28,800 bases of DNA from a virus (taxonomy: Duplodnaviria > Caudoviricetes). Position numbers and translations under genes: made by a program. The notes beneath the pieces are model-generated. The model did not search any database. It was not told where the DNA came from and saw only the letters and a program-made list of their open reading frames with translations. Positions 7,376-16,415 of this stretch are shown here, one piece after another (the first letter of the stretch is position 1; each line of letters begins with the position of its first letter). The stretch spans positions 1-28,800 of the IMG/VR virus record IMGVR_UViG_3300021968_000005. One strand, written 5' to 3'.

Positions 7376-7700
7376 ATTTATTTACCGACCCATTCAAAAT
7401 GATAATCAAAGGGTTCGTTTTACATTTCCTGGCGAGAAGGGTGTTCAATTTATCCATCGTCCACGCAGTAATGGAAGCTGTTCATTTACGAGCATGACGA
7501 GGGGCGTTAAATTTTCCCGCCATATTGCTATTCTAGATGATTGGTGGCTTTTTGGAGGCACCAGATTGTCTAGGACTCTGTATCGACTCAAACATCCCAT
7601 TATCTACTCTAAGCGAGGCATACGTGGCTTATATCGCCGAATTAAGCGCATTTTCGTAAAACCCAAGATGATTCAACCAGTCATTAGGAATCGAAAATGA
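7368..7700 (+). CDS. Hypothetical basic protein
   Basis: Overlaps neighbours by 8 and 4 nt. Confidence 0.6.
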   Translation: MDEFIYRPIQNDNQRVRFTFPGEKGVQFIHRPRSNGSCSFTSMTRGVKFSRHIAILDDWWLFGGTRLSRTLYRLKHPIIYSKRGIRGLYRRIKRIFVKPKMIQPVIRNRK

Positions 7701-7972
7701 TCTATGACATACCATTGCCCGTTAGATGGGTTAACAAAAAAGACATAATCGATTTATACCCGGAGAAACCTATGGAAGTAATCAAAGGCAAGCAAATCTT
7801 AAACAGAAGAATAAAGGAAATCATTTGGGATGAGCCCGAATCAAACCTTACTTTTCCTCAAGTCCTAACGTATTGCGAAGGCATGGGAAAACCACTATTC
7901 AAGATCACCATTGAGAAAAATCAAGAAGATTTCTTTGTTGACGAGAAGGGACAGAAGTGGGTTAAAGCATAA
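7697..7972 (+). CDS. Hypothetical protein
   Basis: ATGA overlap upstream and TAATG overlap downstream. Confidence 0.65.
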   Translation: MIYDIPLPVRWVNKKDIIDLYPEKPMEVIKGKQILNRRIKEIIWDEPESNLTFPQVLTYCEGMGKPLFKITIEKNQEDFFVDEKGQKWVKA

Positions 7973-8142
7973 TGAAGCATTGCAACCATTGCGATCCAAA
8001 AAACTTTGTGATATATGGATTTTGCAAGAATTGTAAACGACGTTGCGAATGCCCTATGTTCGATGAGAAAGGTACCATGGACATGTGGGACTATGAAGAA
8101 TATAAGAAACGATGGAACCAATTAAAAGAGGATACAAAATGA
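7972..8142 (+). CDS. 56-aa Cys-rich Zn-finger-like microprotein (not in ORF track)
   Basis: MKHCNHCDPKNFVIYGFCKNCKRRCECPMFDEKG...EDTK; TAATG overlap upstream and ATGA overlap with the 8139 ORF. Confidence 0.7.
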   Translation: MKHCNHCDPKNFVIYGFCKNCKRRCECPMFDEKGTMDMWDYEEYKKRWNQLKEDTK

Positions 8143-8465
8143 CAGACGAGAATACCATAGCTGATGCAGCGCCAATTGAATCAGCACAAGCACAAGAGAA
8201 ACCTTTTGTTGCAGCGCCTGAAGGCACAGCTTCAATGTCGCATCCAAAACCACAGAGAACTATTTTCCGTTTCAAGGGCATCAAAGACAGAGCAATTGAT
8301 TTAGGGAAAATCTATAAAGTTTCATTCGAAGAAAATGAAAAAAAGGTTCTTCTCCAAATATCGCCTAAACCAGAAGACCCTTCCGATGCGGTAGAGTTTG
8401 AGAGTGTAGAAGCAGCTTATAGGGGCTATGAACAAATCATAGGCGTATGGGCTAGAGGTGCATGA
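8139..8465 (+). CDS. Hypothetical protein
   Basis: GAGGA RBS before ATG 8139 (MTDENT...). Confidence 0.7.
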   Translation: MTDENTIADAAPIESAQAQEKPFVAAPEGTASMSHPKPQRTIFRFKGIKDRAIDLGKIYKVSFEENEKKVLLQISPKPEDPSDAVEFESVEAAYRGYEQIIGVWARGA

Positions 8466-9082
8466 TGTTTTGGAACGACATTGAGGACATAAAAAGCGGT
8501 ATTCTATCTATAGCGTCTCGTCTCGATGCGCTAGAAAAAAGAGCACATTGTTCGGCAGAAAGTCTGTCTACTATTCCCATTAGATGCGATGGACAAAGAG
8601 TCATGGACGCTGGCATTGAAGATATCAAGGAGTTGCTTTGTGATGTTTTTTGCTCGGAAGATGAAAATAATACCATCAATAGACTTCATGACAAAGTAGA
8701 TGGCTTGATAAAGGACGCCAACAGAGAAGAGGCGGTTTTATTAGCTGAAAAAACTTTAGACAAATTTGAAGATTACATGAAGAATGTCGATAAATTTAAC
8801 GCCATGATTAATGGGTTCAAGGGCTGCGTCGCTATGGCTAGATCTTCTATTGCTGAGGGGAACATTTTATCCAAAACGATCGATGAAATGAAAAAAGTAG
8901 CCGATATTTCACAGCATATTCATAAATCCATGCTCGCCTTTATCAGAGCGGGCGACAGTCTTGAGCAAAAGTCTTTTTTCAAAATAAATGCCATATATAA
9001 GGCCGTATGCGAAAGTGAGGAGAAAAAACCTATCAAAAAGAAAAAGGTCGTCAAGAAGAAGGTGGTTTCTCCGGCCCCTTAA
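8462..9082 (+). CDS. Helical/coiled-coil protein with Lys-rich C-terminal tail
   Basis: GAGGTG RBS; 206 aa; ends KKPIKKKKVVKKKVVSPAP. Confidence 0.75.
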   Translation: MMFWNDIEDIKSGILSIASRLDALEKRAHCSAESLSTIPIRCDGQRVMDAGIEDIKELLCDVFCSEDENNTINRLHDKVDGLIKDANREEAVLLAEKTLDKFEDYMKNVDKFNAMINGFKGCVAMARSSIAEGNILSKTIDEMKKVADISQHIHKSMLAFIRAGDSLEQKSFFKINAIYKAVCESEEKKPIKKKKVVKKKVVSPAP

Positions 9083-9320
9083 TCTCGATGTCTTTAATCG
9101 CGCAATCGAGTATTTTAACGAAAAGATTCCTATAATACAGAACTTCGGTCAGCGTTTTGCATTGTCCTAGCATACAATTAATAGTTGAACTTATGAGGGC
9201 CGACATGGAGAGTCTCAGTGCGTTGCCAGCTAATATTGTATTCATATAAGTCTCAATCTTGTCTGTCATTTCTATAACATCTACTACATCGTCCTGCGGA
9301 ATATCGGGTAATTCTGTCAT
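9051..9320 (-). CDS. Hypothetical protein, divergent from portal
   Basis: AAGGA RBS on the - strand (complement of 9326-9330); 89-aa helical product. Confidence 0.65.
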   Translation of the reverse strand: MTELPDIPQDDVVDVIEMTDKIETYMNTILAGNALRLSMSALISSTINCMLGQCKTLTEVLYYRNLFVKILDCAIKDIEIKGPEKPPSS

Positions 9321-9328
9321 TTAGTTCC

Positions 9329-9358
9329 TTGCCAATAACAAATTTTATCTTACAAGAT
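9329..9358 (+). promoter_or_regulatory. Conserved morphogenesis promoter-like motif, copy 2
   Basis: TTGCCA ATAACA AATTTTAT CTTA CAAGAT, upstream of portal. Confidence 0.55.
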
Positions 9359-9384
9359 TAAGTTATAAATATCTATGGAGTCTC

Positions 9385-11400
9385 ATGCGCAATAATTCGC
9401 CGATTTTCTGGCCGGAAGATTCATTAAATCTCTCTCTGCGCCAGGGCATGGAGAAGAACTACTCGGACAGTATCAATATCTTACAAACCCAGTGGTACCA
9501 AGCGGATCTCAATCAGCGCTTCACCATGAACGACCAAGAGGTTTGGGGTCTTATCTTCCCAGGAGTTGCTACATATCGGCGCAAGATATGGAACTTCAAC
9601 ATCATGAATCCCATTTCAGAGGCCATAAGCGGTCAACAGAGACAGACGAGAAAAAGCGGTGCCGTAATCCCTGTGCGCGATGGTATGCAAAAGACGGCCG
9701 ACCAACTCACAAAGTGCCTCTATCATAATCACAAAGAAGGTTTTCATACAACTTTTAGCGACGCATTCCAGCTGGGTGCCGTCATTCAAGGTCTCGGCTT
9801 TATGTACATGTACGGAGATAGTACAAAAGATCCGCTGAGTCCTGATCCAAAATGGCGCTATGTAGATATGAAAAGCTGCCTATTTGATCCATATTATCGC
9901 AAGAGCGATATGAGCGATGCACGTTTCTGGTGGGTAAGAACTTTTTTCGATGCTCAAGAAGCGGCCCTAATGTACCCGCAGTTCGGCGATGAAATCCTAT
10001 CACTGCCTAAGGGCACATATCGCGATGATAAATTCTTCTACATGCCGGAAGTTTATCAAATCCAGTTTCCGAATCTTATTGCCTTTGATGAATATTGGTA
10101 CCTCACGAGCCGAGAAGCTACTTTCCTTATCGATAAAAAGACAGAAGAATGCCAAGAGTTTTCGGGTACCAAAGAACAGCTCAAAGAGATTATGCAAGCT
10201 TTTCAGGGTAAATTGTCTACCTTGAAAAAACAAGTTCCCACAGTTAGACGCAGTATTATTTTGAATGATCGCGTCATTGTCGATGAACCAAACCCCTATG
10301 GCATGGATAGATACCCTGTTGTCCCCCTGCATGCTTTCTTCACGGCGGATACTCCCTACTACGCCTACAAGTTCAATAGCCCCATGACTATGCTCCGTGA
10401 TTGCCAGTACCTTTTGAACCGCCTCAAGGTATCCAATTTAGAAATTTTGGACGCTCAGCAACAAGGACTCAAAATTAAAAAAGGTGCTCTCGTTACTCCA
10501 GAGGATGCACTAAATTCTGGCCATGGGCGTGTTTTGAGCATCGATCCAGATTTCTCCATGGATGATGTTCAGGCTATGCCGATCGTGCCTCCTAGCCCAG
10601 TTATGTTGCAAATGGAAGACATGCTCAAGGGGATTTTCTTCAACATTGCAGGTATTGATCCTAGCGCCATGGGTATGGATGTTGACGACAAGGCGGGCAT
10701 TATCTCTATGATGAGACAAGCGGCTACTGCACGGAACTTACAGAGGCTTTTTGACCAGGCCGACGAAAGTCAAAGACAGTGTTGCGATATAGAAGTTGAA
10801 TACATCCAAAAGAATTGGACTTATGGCAAGGTGCGTCAGGTTATTGGCGAGGAACCAACAGCTGAATTCGATAGCAAGATTTTCTTCAAATACGGCTGCA
10901 AAGTAGTCCAGGCAGCACTTACCGAAAGCCAGCAGCAACTAGAATTGGCTCAAATTCTGCATTTCCAACAATTGTATCCCGATTTGCTTCCTCCCGATGA
11001 AGTCCTAGAATGCATGACGATACAGAACAAAGATCGCATTATCGAAAAAGTCATGTCTCGTCAGAAAGCACAACAAGAGCAGGCCCAGAAAATGGAGCAA
11101 CTGCAAATGCAGCAAATGCAAGTCGACAATATGACGAAAGTAGCCTATGCGCATAGTCAAGAGGGATTGGCCAAGGAAAGAGTGGCTAAAATCCAAACAG
11201 ATAGCGCCGTGGCTCAGGATAAATTGCGCCGAGCTCATCAAGAGGATACTGCAAGTATGCTCAATGTCGTTAAGGCGCTTAAGGAACTGCAAGGCATGGA
11301 TCTCGATCACCTAATGCAGAGAATCCAGATCCTTAACGAAATAAGCCCTGCTGCTAATTCTGACAAGGAAGTCACTCCGAGTAACCAAAGCGTTGCTTAA
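9385..11400 (+). CDS. Portal protein (P22 gp1-like)
   Basis: 671 aa; FN...I..ISG.QRQTR, GLGFM, FDPYY...DMSDAR, RYPVVP, LRDCQYLLNR motifs and a Q-rich C-terminal barrel-type helix; lies between terL and scaffold/capsid. Confidence 0.85.
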   Translation: MRNNSPIFWPEDSLNLSLRQGMEKNYSDSINILQTQWYQADLNQRFTMNDQEVWGLIFPGVATYRRKIWNFNIMNPISEAISGQQRQTRKSGAVIPVRDGMQKTADQLTKCLYHNHKEGFHTTFSDAFQLGAVIQGLGFMYMYGDSTKDPLSPDPKWRYVDMKSCLFDPYYRKSDMSDARFWWVRTFFDAQEAALMYPQFGDEILSLPKGTYRDDKFFYMPEVYQIQFPNLIAFDEYWYLTSREATFLIDKKTEECQEFSGTKEQLKEIMQAFQGKLSTLKKQVPTVRRSIILNDRVIVDEPNPYGMDRYPVVPLHAFFTADTPYYAYKFNSPMTMLRDCQYLLNRLKVSNLEILDAQQQGLKIKKGALVTPEDALNSGHGRVLSIDPDFSMDDVQAMPIVPPSPVMLQMEDMLKGIFFNIAGIDPSAMGMDVDDKAGIISMMRQAATARNLQRLFDQADESQRQCCDIEVEYIQKNWTYGKVRQVIGEEPTAEFDSKIFFKYGCKVVQAALTESQQQLELAQILHFQQLYPDLLPPDEVLECMTIQNKDRIIEKVMSRQKAQQEQAQKMEQLQMQQMQVDNMTKVAYAHSQEGLAKERVAKIQTDSAVAQDKLRRAHQEDTASMLNVVKALKELQGMDLDHLMQRIQILNEISPAANSDKEVTPSNQSVA

Positions 11401-11421
11401 ATAATCGAATCTAAAAAAGCC

Positions 11422-11451
11422 TTTACAGGTGGCATTTTTATTCAGCACTTT
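11422..11451 (+). promoter_or_regulatory. Conserved morphogenesis promoter-like motif, copy 3
   Basis: TTTACA GGTGGC ATTTTTAT TCAG CACTTT. Confidence 0.55.
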
Positions 11452-11489
11452 AATTTCAGATGAGTCAACAAGTCTAACAAGGTGTTATT

Positions 11490-11687
11490 ATGAAAGAAAA
11501 AATGTCAAAACATGGCTATGTACAGGGCGATATGAAGCCTACTGTGGAGAGCTATCAAAAGCCAGAAAAGGATTTTGCAGAACGTGGATTCAGCAAAACC
11601 GATGAGTATATCGAAAGACAGGATAAGCGACAAGCTGGCATGTCTAAGGATCTCAATAAGCAGGCTTATAATGGCCGTTATTCTTAA
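11490..11687 (+). CDS. Small hydrophilic hypothetical protein
   Basis: AAGGTG RBS; follows motif copy 3. Confidence 0.75.
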   Translation: MKEKMSKHGYVQGDMKPTVESYQKPEKDFAERGFSKTDEYIERQDKRQAGMSKDLNKQAYNGRYS

Positions 11688-11698
11688 TAGGAGTTGTT

Positions 11699-11878
11699 AT
11701 GGTCAAAAAGTCAGAATCAAGGTCATACTCCGTAGAAGTGCAAAAAGGCCCTATTCGTATGGATGAACAATATTCCGAGCAATTGCGAAGAGAGCCTGAA
11801 CACACTATGCGAGACATGGACAATTTGCGCATGCGTCAAGAAAAAATGACGTTGACTTTGCATACTCCGAAACAATAG
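11699..11878 (+). CDS. 59-aa hypothetical protein (not in ORF track)
   Basis: AGGAG RBS; MVKKSESRSYSVEVQKGPIRMDEQY...LHTPKQ; followed by a terminator. Confidence 0.7.
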   Translation: MVKKSESRSYSVEVQKGPIRMDEQYSEQLRREPEHTMRDMDNLRMRQEKMTLTLHTPKQ

Positions 11879-11896
11879 CGTTTATCTTTTGTGTTG

Positions 11897-11927
11897 TGGC
11901 ACTGATTGCACGTCGGTGCCATTTTTT
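11897..11927 (+). terminator. Rho-independent terminator
   Basis: TGGCACTGA-TTGCACG-TCGGTGCCA hairpin followed by TTTTTT. Confidence 0.75.
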
Positions 11928-11942
11928 ATTTAGAGGGTTTTT

Positions 11943-12221
11943 ATGAGCGACTCATGTGACGACTGCGGTTGGCATACTCTTGAATGTATTTGCGGATCTG
12001 GTTGTCCGTGCCGCCAAAGCGATCATTATACGCATTTGAACGCGGTGAGAAAATCTACTGGCGTCCGCGATGTAAAATGGGTAAATGTTCGTGGAAGATC
12101 TGAGCATGAAGCTGTTTTATTAGACAAGGATTTGTGTAATTCCTTAGGCCTAGATCAGGCATACGAGATCATGGTATACCTGAAGCGCTGGGGTAGATTT
12201 TTATGCGAGAAGGAGGCTTGA
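11943..12221 (+). CDS. Hypothetical protein with Cys/His-rich N-terminus
   Basis: GAGGG RBS; CDDCGWHTLECICGSGCPC. Confidence 0.6.
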   Translation: MSDSCDDCGWHTLECICGSGCPCRQSDHYTHLNAVRKSTGVRDVKWVNVRGRSEHEAVLLDKDLCNSLGLDQAYEIMVYLKRWGRFLCEKEA

Positions 12222-12752
12222 TTTCTTCTCAATAGGCTTAGTGCTCAGGAGTTGATCCCCGCGAAAAAGCTCATTTTCAATCCAATTGCCTTCGTCATCT
12301 TTTTTAAAGCCAAAGTACTCAAGTTGCAAATTTTCCCATCGTCTAATCATGTCAACGCGCATGGGATCAAAAAGATCTGGGCACGATAAAATATTCATCA
12401 TTTGCGACCTGTGAGGCAATTCCCAGCAAAAATACACATCTCCCCCAGGATAGACGTGAAAGGCCATCATGTCTTGTTCGGGATAGGGACGGTACTTCGT
12501 TATTTTTCGTATTCTAACTAAACCCTTTTTCAACATGAGGTCGTATTTCTCGTATATGGCTAGGTAAAAGGGTTTTCCTTCCATGGCTTTTGTGCCTTCT
12601 TCTATTGCTTCATTAATATCTACAACGAGGTCTTTCTTGATCTCGTGATTCACATCTCCAATGACGACTCCTCTCTCCCCGTTAATCTGCGCATCGCGGT
12701 ATATTTTCCCCGCCGTTTCTCTGGTGGGATCAATTTTTGATATGTAGTCCAT
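12201..12752 (-). CDS. Hypothetical protein (183 aa)
   Basis: Probable start ATG 12752 (MDYISKIDP...) with a purine-rich RBS; globular-looking product. Confidence 0.75.
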   Translation of the reverse strand: MDYISKIDPTRETAGKIYRDAQINGERGVVIGDVNHEIKKDLVVDINEAIEEGTKAMEGKPFYLAIYEKYDLMLKKGLVRIRKITKYRPYPEQDMMAFHVYPGGDVYFCWELPHRSQMMNILSCPDLFDPMRVDMIRRWENLQLEYFGFKKDDEGNWIENELFRGDQLLSTKPIEKKSSLLLA

Positions 12753-13033
12753 TCTATTTCCTTCCCTTTGACTTTTCTCGTCCAGTGATTGCTTAATTGA
12801 TTTTTGTGCCCAGCCGTTGCGCACTCACGCGAACAAAAGATCGATCTCTGTCTCTTTTTCTCACTTTTCTTACGAATGATTTCTTTGCTACACGTGCGGC
12901 ATAGGCGTCTTTTTTCTGTTTGATTTTCTGAGCTTTTTTGGAGCTTTTCCTGATACACGCAGTGATAACAAAATTTCTGATTATTTATAAAATCAGTAAC
13001 TAATCTTTCTGATTTACAATTATCACAAATCAT
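12650..13033 (-). CDS. Double Zn-finger-like protein
   Basis: CDNC...CYHC and CRTC...FCSREC; preceded on the - strand by TTGACT-N17-TATAAG (13081-13053). Confidence 0.65.
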   Translation of the reverse strand: MICDNCKSERLVTDFINNQKFCYHCVYQEKLQKSSENQTEKRRLCRTCSKEIIRKKSEKKRQRSIFCSRECATAGHKNQLSNHWTRKVKGKEIEWTTYQKLIPPEKRRGKYTAMRRLTGREESSLEM

Positions 13034-13048
13034 ATTTTCTCATTTTAT

Positions 13049-13078
13049 TTGACTTATATAATTTTTATTAAACAAAGT
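13049..13078 (+). promoter_or_regulatory. Conserved morphogenesis promoter-like motif, copy 4, overlapping a divergent promoter
   Basis: TTGACT TATATA ATTTTTAT TAAA CAAAGT; bounded by the inverted repeat TTGACTT/AAGTCAA (13049-13081). Confidence 0.55.
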
Positions 13079-13165
13079 CAATGTAAGGCGCAAATAAGAC
13101 GGAATAGCCTTACGTCACGGCGTGCATGTGTGGACTTAGCCAACCACCGAACAAAAAGGACATTC

Positions 13166-13933
13166 ATGACTGAGATTCAAGACCAAAACAGCGGAAATAT
13201 TGAGGTAGCTCCTCCGGTAGAAAACCAAGTCAATGAAGTGAAAGAGGTGCAACAAGTTCAAGAGCCGGTAAATAACCAGCACTTGAAGGCGATGCGCCTC
13301 AAGAATGCCGAACTCGAAAGAGAGCTGAAGCAATTGCGAGAAGCACAGATGCAAATTATGCAAGCACAACTTGCTAATCAGCAGACTGCGCGTCAAGCGG
13401 AGCCAGACGAGTTTGATAAAATCGGCGATGAAGAGTTCATTCCTTTAGGTAAGGTGAAAAAGCTAGCTGATAAGAACAATCAGAAAGTACTCAAAAACGC
13501 TGAAGAGTTCGTGAAACAAGAGGTGCAAAAGGCACTTCAAAAACGCGACTCAGATCAATTCATGGATCGCTTGAATCGTCAATATTCAGATTTCTCCGAG
13601 ATCGTCACTCCTGAAACTTTATCAATTTTGGAAGAAAAGGAACCGGAGTTAGCTGCGTCGATTGCGGATTTGAAAGATCCATACAAGATCGGAATGCAAA
13701 GTTACAAGTACATCAAGGCGTTAAAACTTTCAGAAACAGCCAAGGATGTGAGACGAGAGAAGGAAGTAGACAAAGCGATCGAAAAGTCAGGGAAGGCGGT
13801 AACGTCCCCCATGGCCTACGATAAGCGGCCTATTGCCCAAGCTTTCAAGCTCACAGACGCTATGAAGAAGGATTTATATCGTGAGATGCACGGCTACGCA
13901 GCCATGGCTAGCTCGGTTCCCGAAATGACCTAA
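13166..13933 (+). CDS. Capsid scaffolding protein
   Basis: AAGGA RBS before ATG 13166; acidic/Q-rich N-terminus and coiled coil; directly upstream of the major capsid gene. Confidence 0.75.
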   Translation: MTEIQDQNSGNIEVAPPVENQVNEVKEVQQVQEPVNNQHLKAMRLKNAELERELKQLREAQMQIMQAQLANQQTARQAEPDEFDKIGDEEFIPLGKVKKLADKNNQKVLKNAEEFVKQEVQKALQKRDSDQFMDRLNRQYSDFSEIVTPETLSILEEKEPELAASIADLKDPYKIGMQSYKYIKALKLSETAKDVRREKEVDKAIEKSGKAVTSPMAYDKRPIAQAFKLTDAMKKDLYREMHGYAAMASSVPEMT

Positions 13934-13954
13934 TAGGTCAAGGGAACAAAAACT

Positions 13955-14902
13955 ATGACAGTCTCAATTGCATCGTTGCCGCCGCAAATACAACAGCGGT
14001 ACAACGCAAAGCTTCTGTCAACTCCAGAGCACAACTTAATTCACCAATTGTTTGCTACCCCTGTTGAGTTGCCAGATAACCAAGGCTTCATTGATAGACA
14101 AAGCAGATACGATCGATTAGATCTATTTGAAGTGCCTCTCGATGATGGCCAAAACAACCCACCACCACAACAGCTTAATCGCGTTGATGTGGATTGCCGT
14201 GTACGCGTGTATGCGACCTATATCGTCTTGACTCGTCAAGTTACGATTACCAACGAAGACCCTGTGCTAAATAGTGCTGCGGCTCGATTAGGACAAAGTT
14301 TAAGAGAAACTCAGGACGCCCTCCAAAGAGATAATTTGGAAAGTTCAGCTAGTATAATAAATTCTGTCGGGGGTAGTAACGGGGATATTCCAACTGAAAT
14401 GACTATTTCAGATGTAGATGATGTTTTTACTGTATTACAAAATAACTCTGGCGAATACATAACAAACATTGTAGAAGCTGAACTGCGTTTTGGAACATCG
14501 CCAATTGGAGATGCATACGGTTGCATGTTGACCACAAGAATGATTCCTGTGCTCTACAACATGTCCGGTTTCATCAAGAAATTCCAATATCCAAACATCT
14601 CACAAACACTATCTGTTGAGATCGGCGGAGCAAACAACATTCGCTTCTTTGCTTCTGAGCAAGGCTCTGTCTCTCCTAACGCATCTATGCTCGGGAACGA
14701 TATTGCTAATTGTTTTGTAGCAGCGAAAGAGGCTTACAAAGTTGTGTGGCAAGCAGGTGGTAAGGCTCGCTTTATCTATCTGCCTCCTGGATATAACAAC
14801 GACCCATGCATGCTCCGGCATACGGCAGGTTGCTCGTTCTATCAAGGGCAATGCATCACGAATGATCTTTGGGTTCAAAACTTACGCTCAACAGGAATCT
14901 AA
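13955..14902 (+). CDS. Major capsid protein (N4-gp56-like family)
   Basis: 315 aa; ELPDNQG...RY..L..PL, DPVLN.AA.RLG...RETQD, GF...QY...EIG...NIRF, NDP motifs recalled from this family; position after scaffold. Confidence 0.8.
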   Translation: MTVSIASLPPQIQQRYNAKLLSTPEHNLIHQLFATPVELPDNQGFIDRQSRYDRLDLFEVPLDDGQNNPPPQQLNRVDVDCRVRVYATYIVLTRQVTITNEDPVLNSAAARLGQSLRETQDALQRDNLESSASIINSVGGSNGDIPTEMTISDVDDVFTVLQNNSGEYITNIVEAELRFGTSPIGDAYGCMLTTRMIPVLYNMSGFIKKFQYPNISQTLSVEIGGANNIRFFASEQGSVSPNASMLGNDIANCFVAAKEAYKVVWQAGGKARFIYLPPGYNNDPCMLRHTAGCSFYQGQCITNDLWVQNLRSTGI

Positions 14903-14911
14903 GGAGGTCAT

Positions 14912-16000
14912 ATGTTGCCATTTTCATTCATAGGCGCCTGGTCTTACACCAACGCCGCAACGCCCGTTGCACAAAATATCCCTATGACCGCTAAGCCCGA
15001 TTGGGTTTTCGTCAAGGATACAACCAACTGGGGTGCACAAAGCACAGCCGCTAATCCTGTCTATGCCGAATGGTTTAGCACAATGGCCGCTGGTTCTTTT
15101 CTAGCTCTTGGACAACCAAGTTCAACAGGTTCTGGAGTTACCACATATGCTTCACAAGGCACATCTGGTGGATTCACTTTCATTGATCAAACTAATCCTC
15201 CAACTTTTGCAAAAGTTGCGATTACAGCGATCAACGGAACTACATTTGTTGTTTCTACAGGTACAACTACTGGCATTAGTGTCGGCGATTGGATTCGTCT
15301 CATTAACGTCACTGGAGCCTTAGAAATTAGCGGATCTAACCTGTATCAAGTAACGGCCGTTTCTGCTGGCGTAAGCATCACGCTCGGCTACGCAGCATCT
15401 GCCACAAGTGCTGGTTTAGTAATTGCTAACGGAACGACTGGATTTTACCAAAAGGTTTATCCAACTCAATTCCTTCCGAACACGCTGCCCGTTGCTTACA
15501 TTACACAAGCAACCCAGGCCGTTGTTTATTTCTTCAGACAAAACCCATACACACCTGGGGAACTTGTAGATTTCCAAATCCCAACACCTTACGGAATGAC
15601 TCAATTGAGCAATCTGACAGGCAAGTCAGGAAGCGGCCCATTCTCAAGCAATCCAGCGGGCGCAGCTCGGGTCTTGAGTGTAACGAATTCCGCGACTGTT
15701 TCTTCGATCACAATCGATGTAGACACAACCGGATTTACTGCATTCCAATTCCCAGTATCGGCGTCATTTGCCGGTGGGGCATCTCCTGCTGTGTGTGTAC
15801 CAGCGGGCTCTGGCGTTGTTCCTCTTAACGGAAGTGCAACAATCCCAGCATCTCCTCCAGGAACAAACCTTGCCGATGCATTCGACAACAAGTCGCAATA
15901 CGTCATGAACATTGGTTTGTCCGCTGTAGGAGTTGCAAGCGCAAACATGACTGTGTTCGCGTTTAAAGCTGATTTTGTAAACGGAATTACCAACGCGTAA
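14912..16000 (+). CDS. Virion structural/decoration protein with two FCCH-like beta modules
   Basis: AAGGAGG RBS; rich in G/T/S/A; VGDWIRLINVTGALEI and GELVDFQIPTPYGMTQL...IDVDTTGFTAF modules. Confidence 0.7.
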   Translation: MLPFSFIGAWSYTNAATPVAQNIPMTAKPDWVFVKDTTNWGAQSTAANPVYAEWFSTMAAGSFLALGQPSSTGSGVTTYASQGTSGGFTFIDQTNPPTFAKVAITAINGTTFVVSTGTTTGISVGDWIRLINVTGALEISGSNLYQVTAVSAGVSITLGYAASATSAGLVIANGTTGFYQKVYPTQFLPNTLPVAYITQATQAVVYFFRQNPYTPGELVDFQIPTPYGMTQLSNLTGKSGSGPFSSNPAGAARVLSVTNSATVSSITIDVDTTGFTAFQFPVSASFAGGASPAVCVPAGSGVVPLNGSATIPASPPGTNLADAFDNKSQYVMNIGLSAVGVASANMTVFAFKADFVNGITNA

Positions 16001-16006
16001 TTAATT

Positions 16007-16032
16007 GGAGGGATTAAAAACCCCTCCTTTTT
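16007..16032 (+). terminator. Rho-independent terminator after the capsid operon
   Basis: GGAGGG-ATTAAAAAC-CCCTCC hairpin followed by TTTTT. Confidence 0.7.
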
Positions 16033-16052
16033 ACTTTAAAAAAGGATTTATC

Positions 16053-16415
16053 ATGGAAGTTAGAGAATTAAATAAGAAACCAAAGAATTCATTACCTCCA
16101 GCAGAGCGCGAGGCATTGATTACAAAAATGCGCAAGGAAGACGACAAGATTCGCAAGGGTATGTTCGAATTCCTCGATGCTCAAGGCGGATGGTTAGAAT
16201 TTTCTCACCGAATCTATCCAGGAGAGCCTATTCAAATGATTAAGCTCGTTCATGGAGAAATCTGCGATTTGCCTATGGGAATCGTGAGACATTTGAACAA
16301 TACGAAGCGTAAGGTTCGTAGATATTCTATGGAAATTCCAACAGATGGCAAGAAACCTCCTAGAAGCTTCGAAACGATATCTAGATGCAGATTCACACCA
16401 ATGGATGTAATGTGA
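16053..16415 (+). CDS. Hypothetical morphogenesis protein
   Basis: AAGGA RBS before ATG 16053 (MEVRELNKK...). Confidence 0.75.
   Translation: MEVRELNKKPKNSLPPAEREALITKMRKEDDKIRKGMFEFLDAQGGWLEFSHRIYPGEPIQMIKLVHGEICDLPMGIVRHLNNTKRKVRRYSMEIPTDGKKPPRSFETISRCRFTPMDVM

Noticed and set aside
7368-7700. RGVKFSRHIAILDD resembling a terminase/helicase Walker B segment
   Set aside because: Too short, with no other ATPase motifs in the ORF.
13049-13165. ORF-track N-terminal extension of the scaffold from TTG 13049
   Set aside because: The TTG is the -35 of the motif; ATG 13166 has a good RBS.
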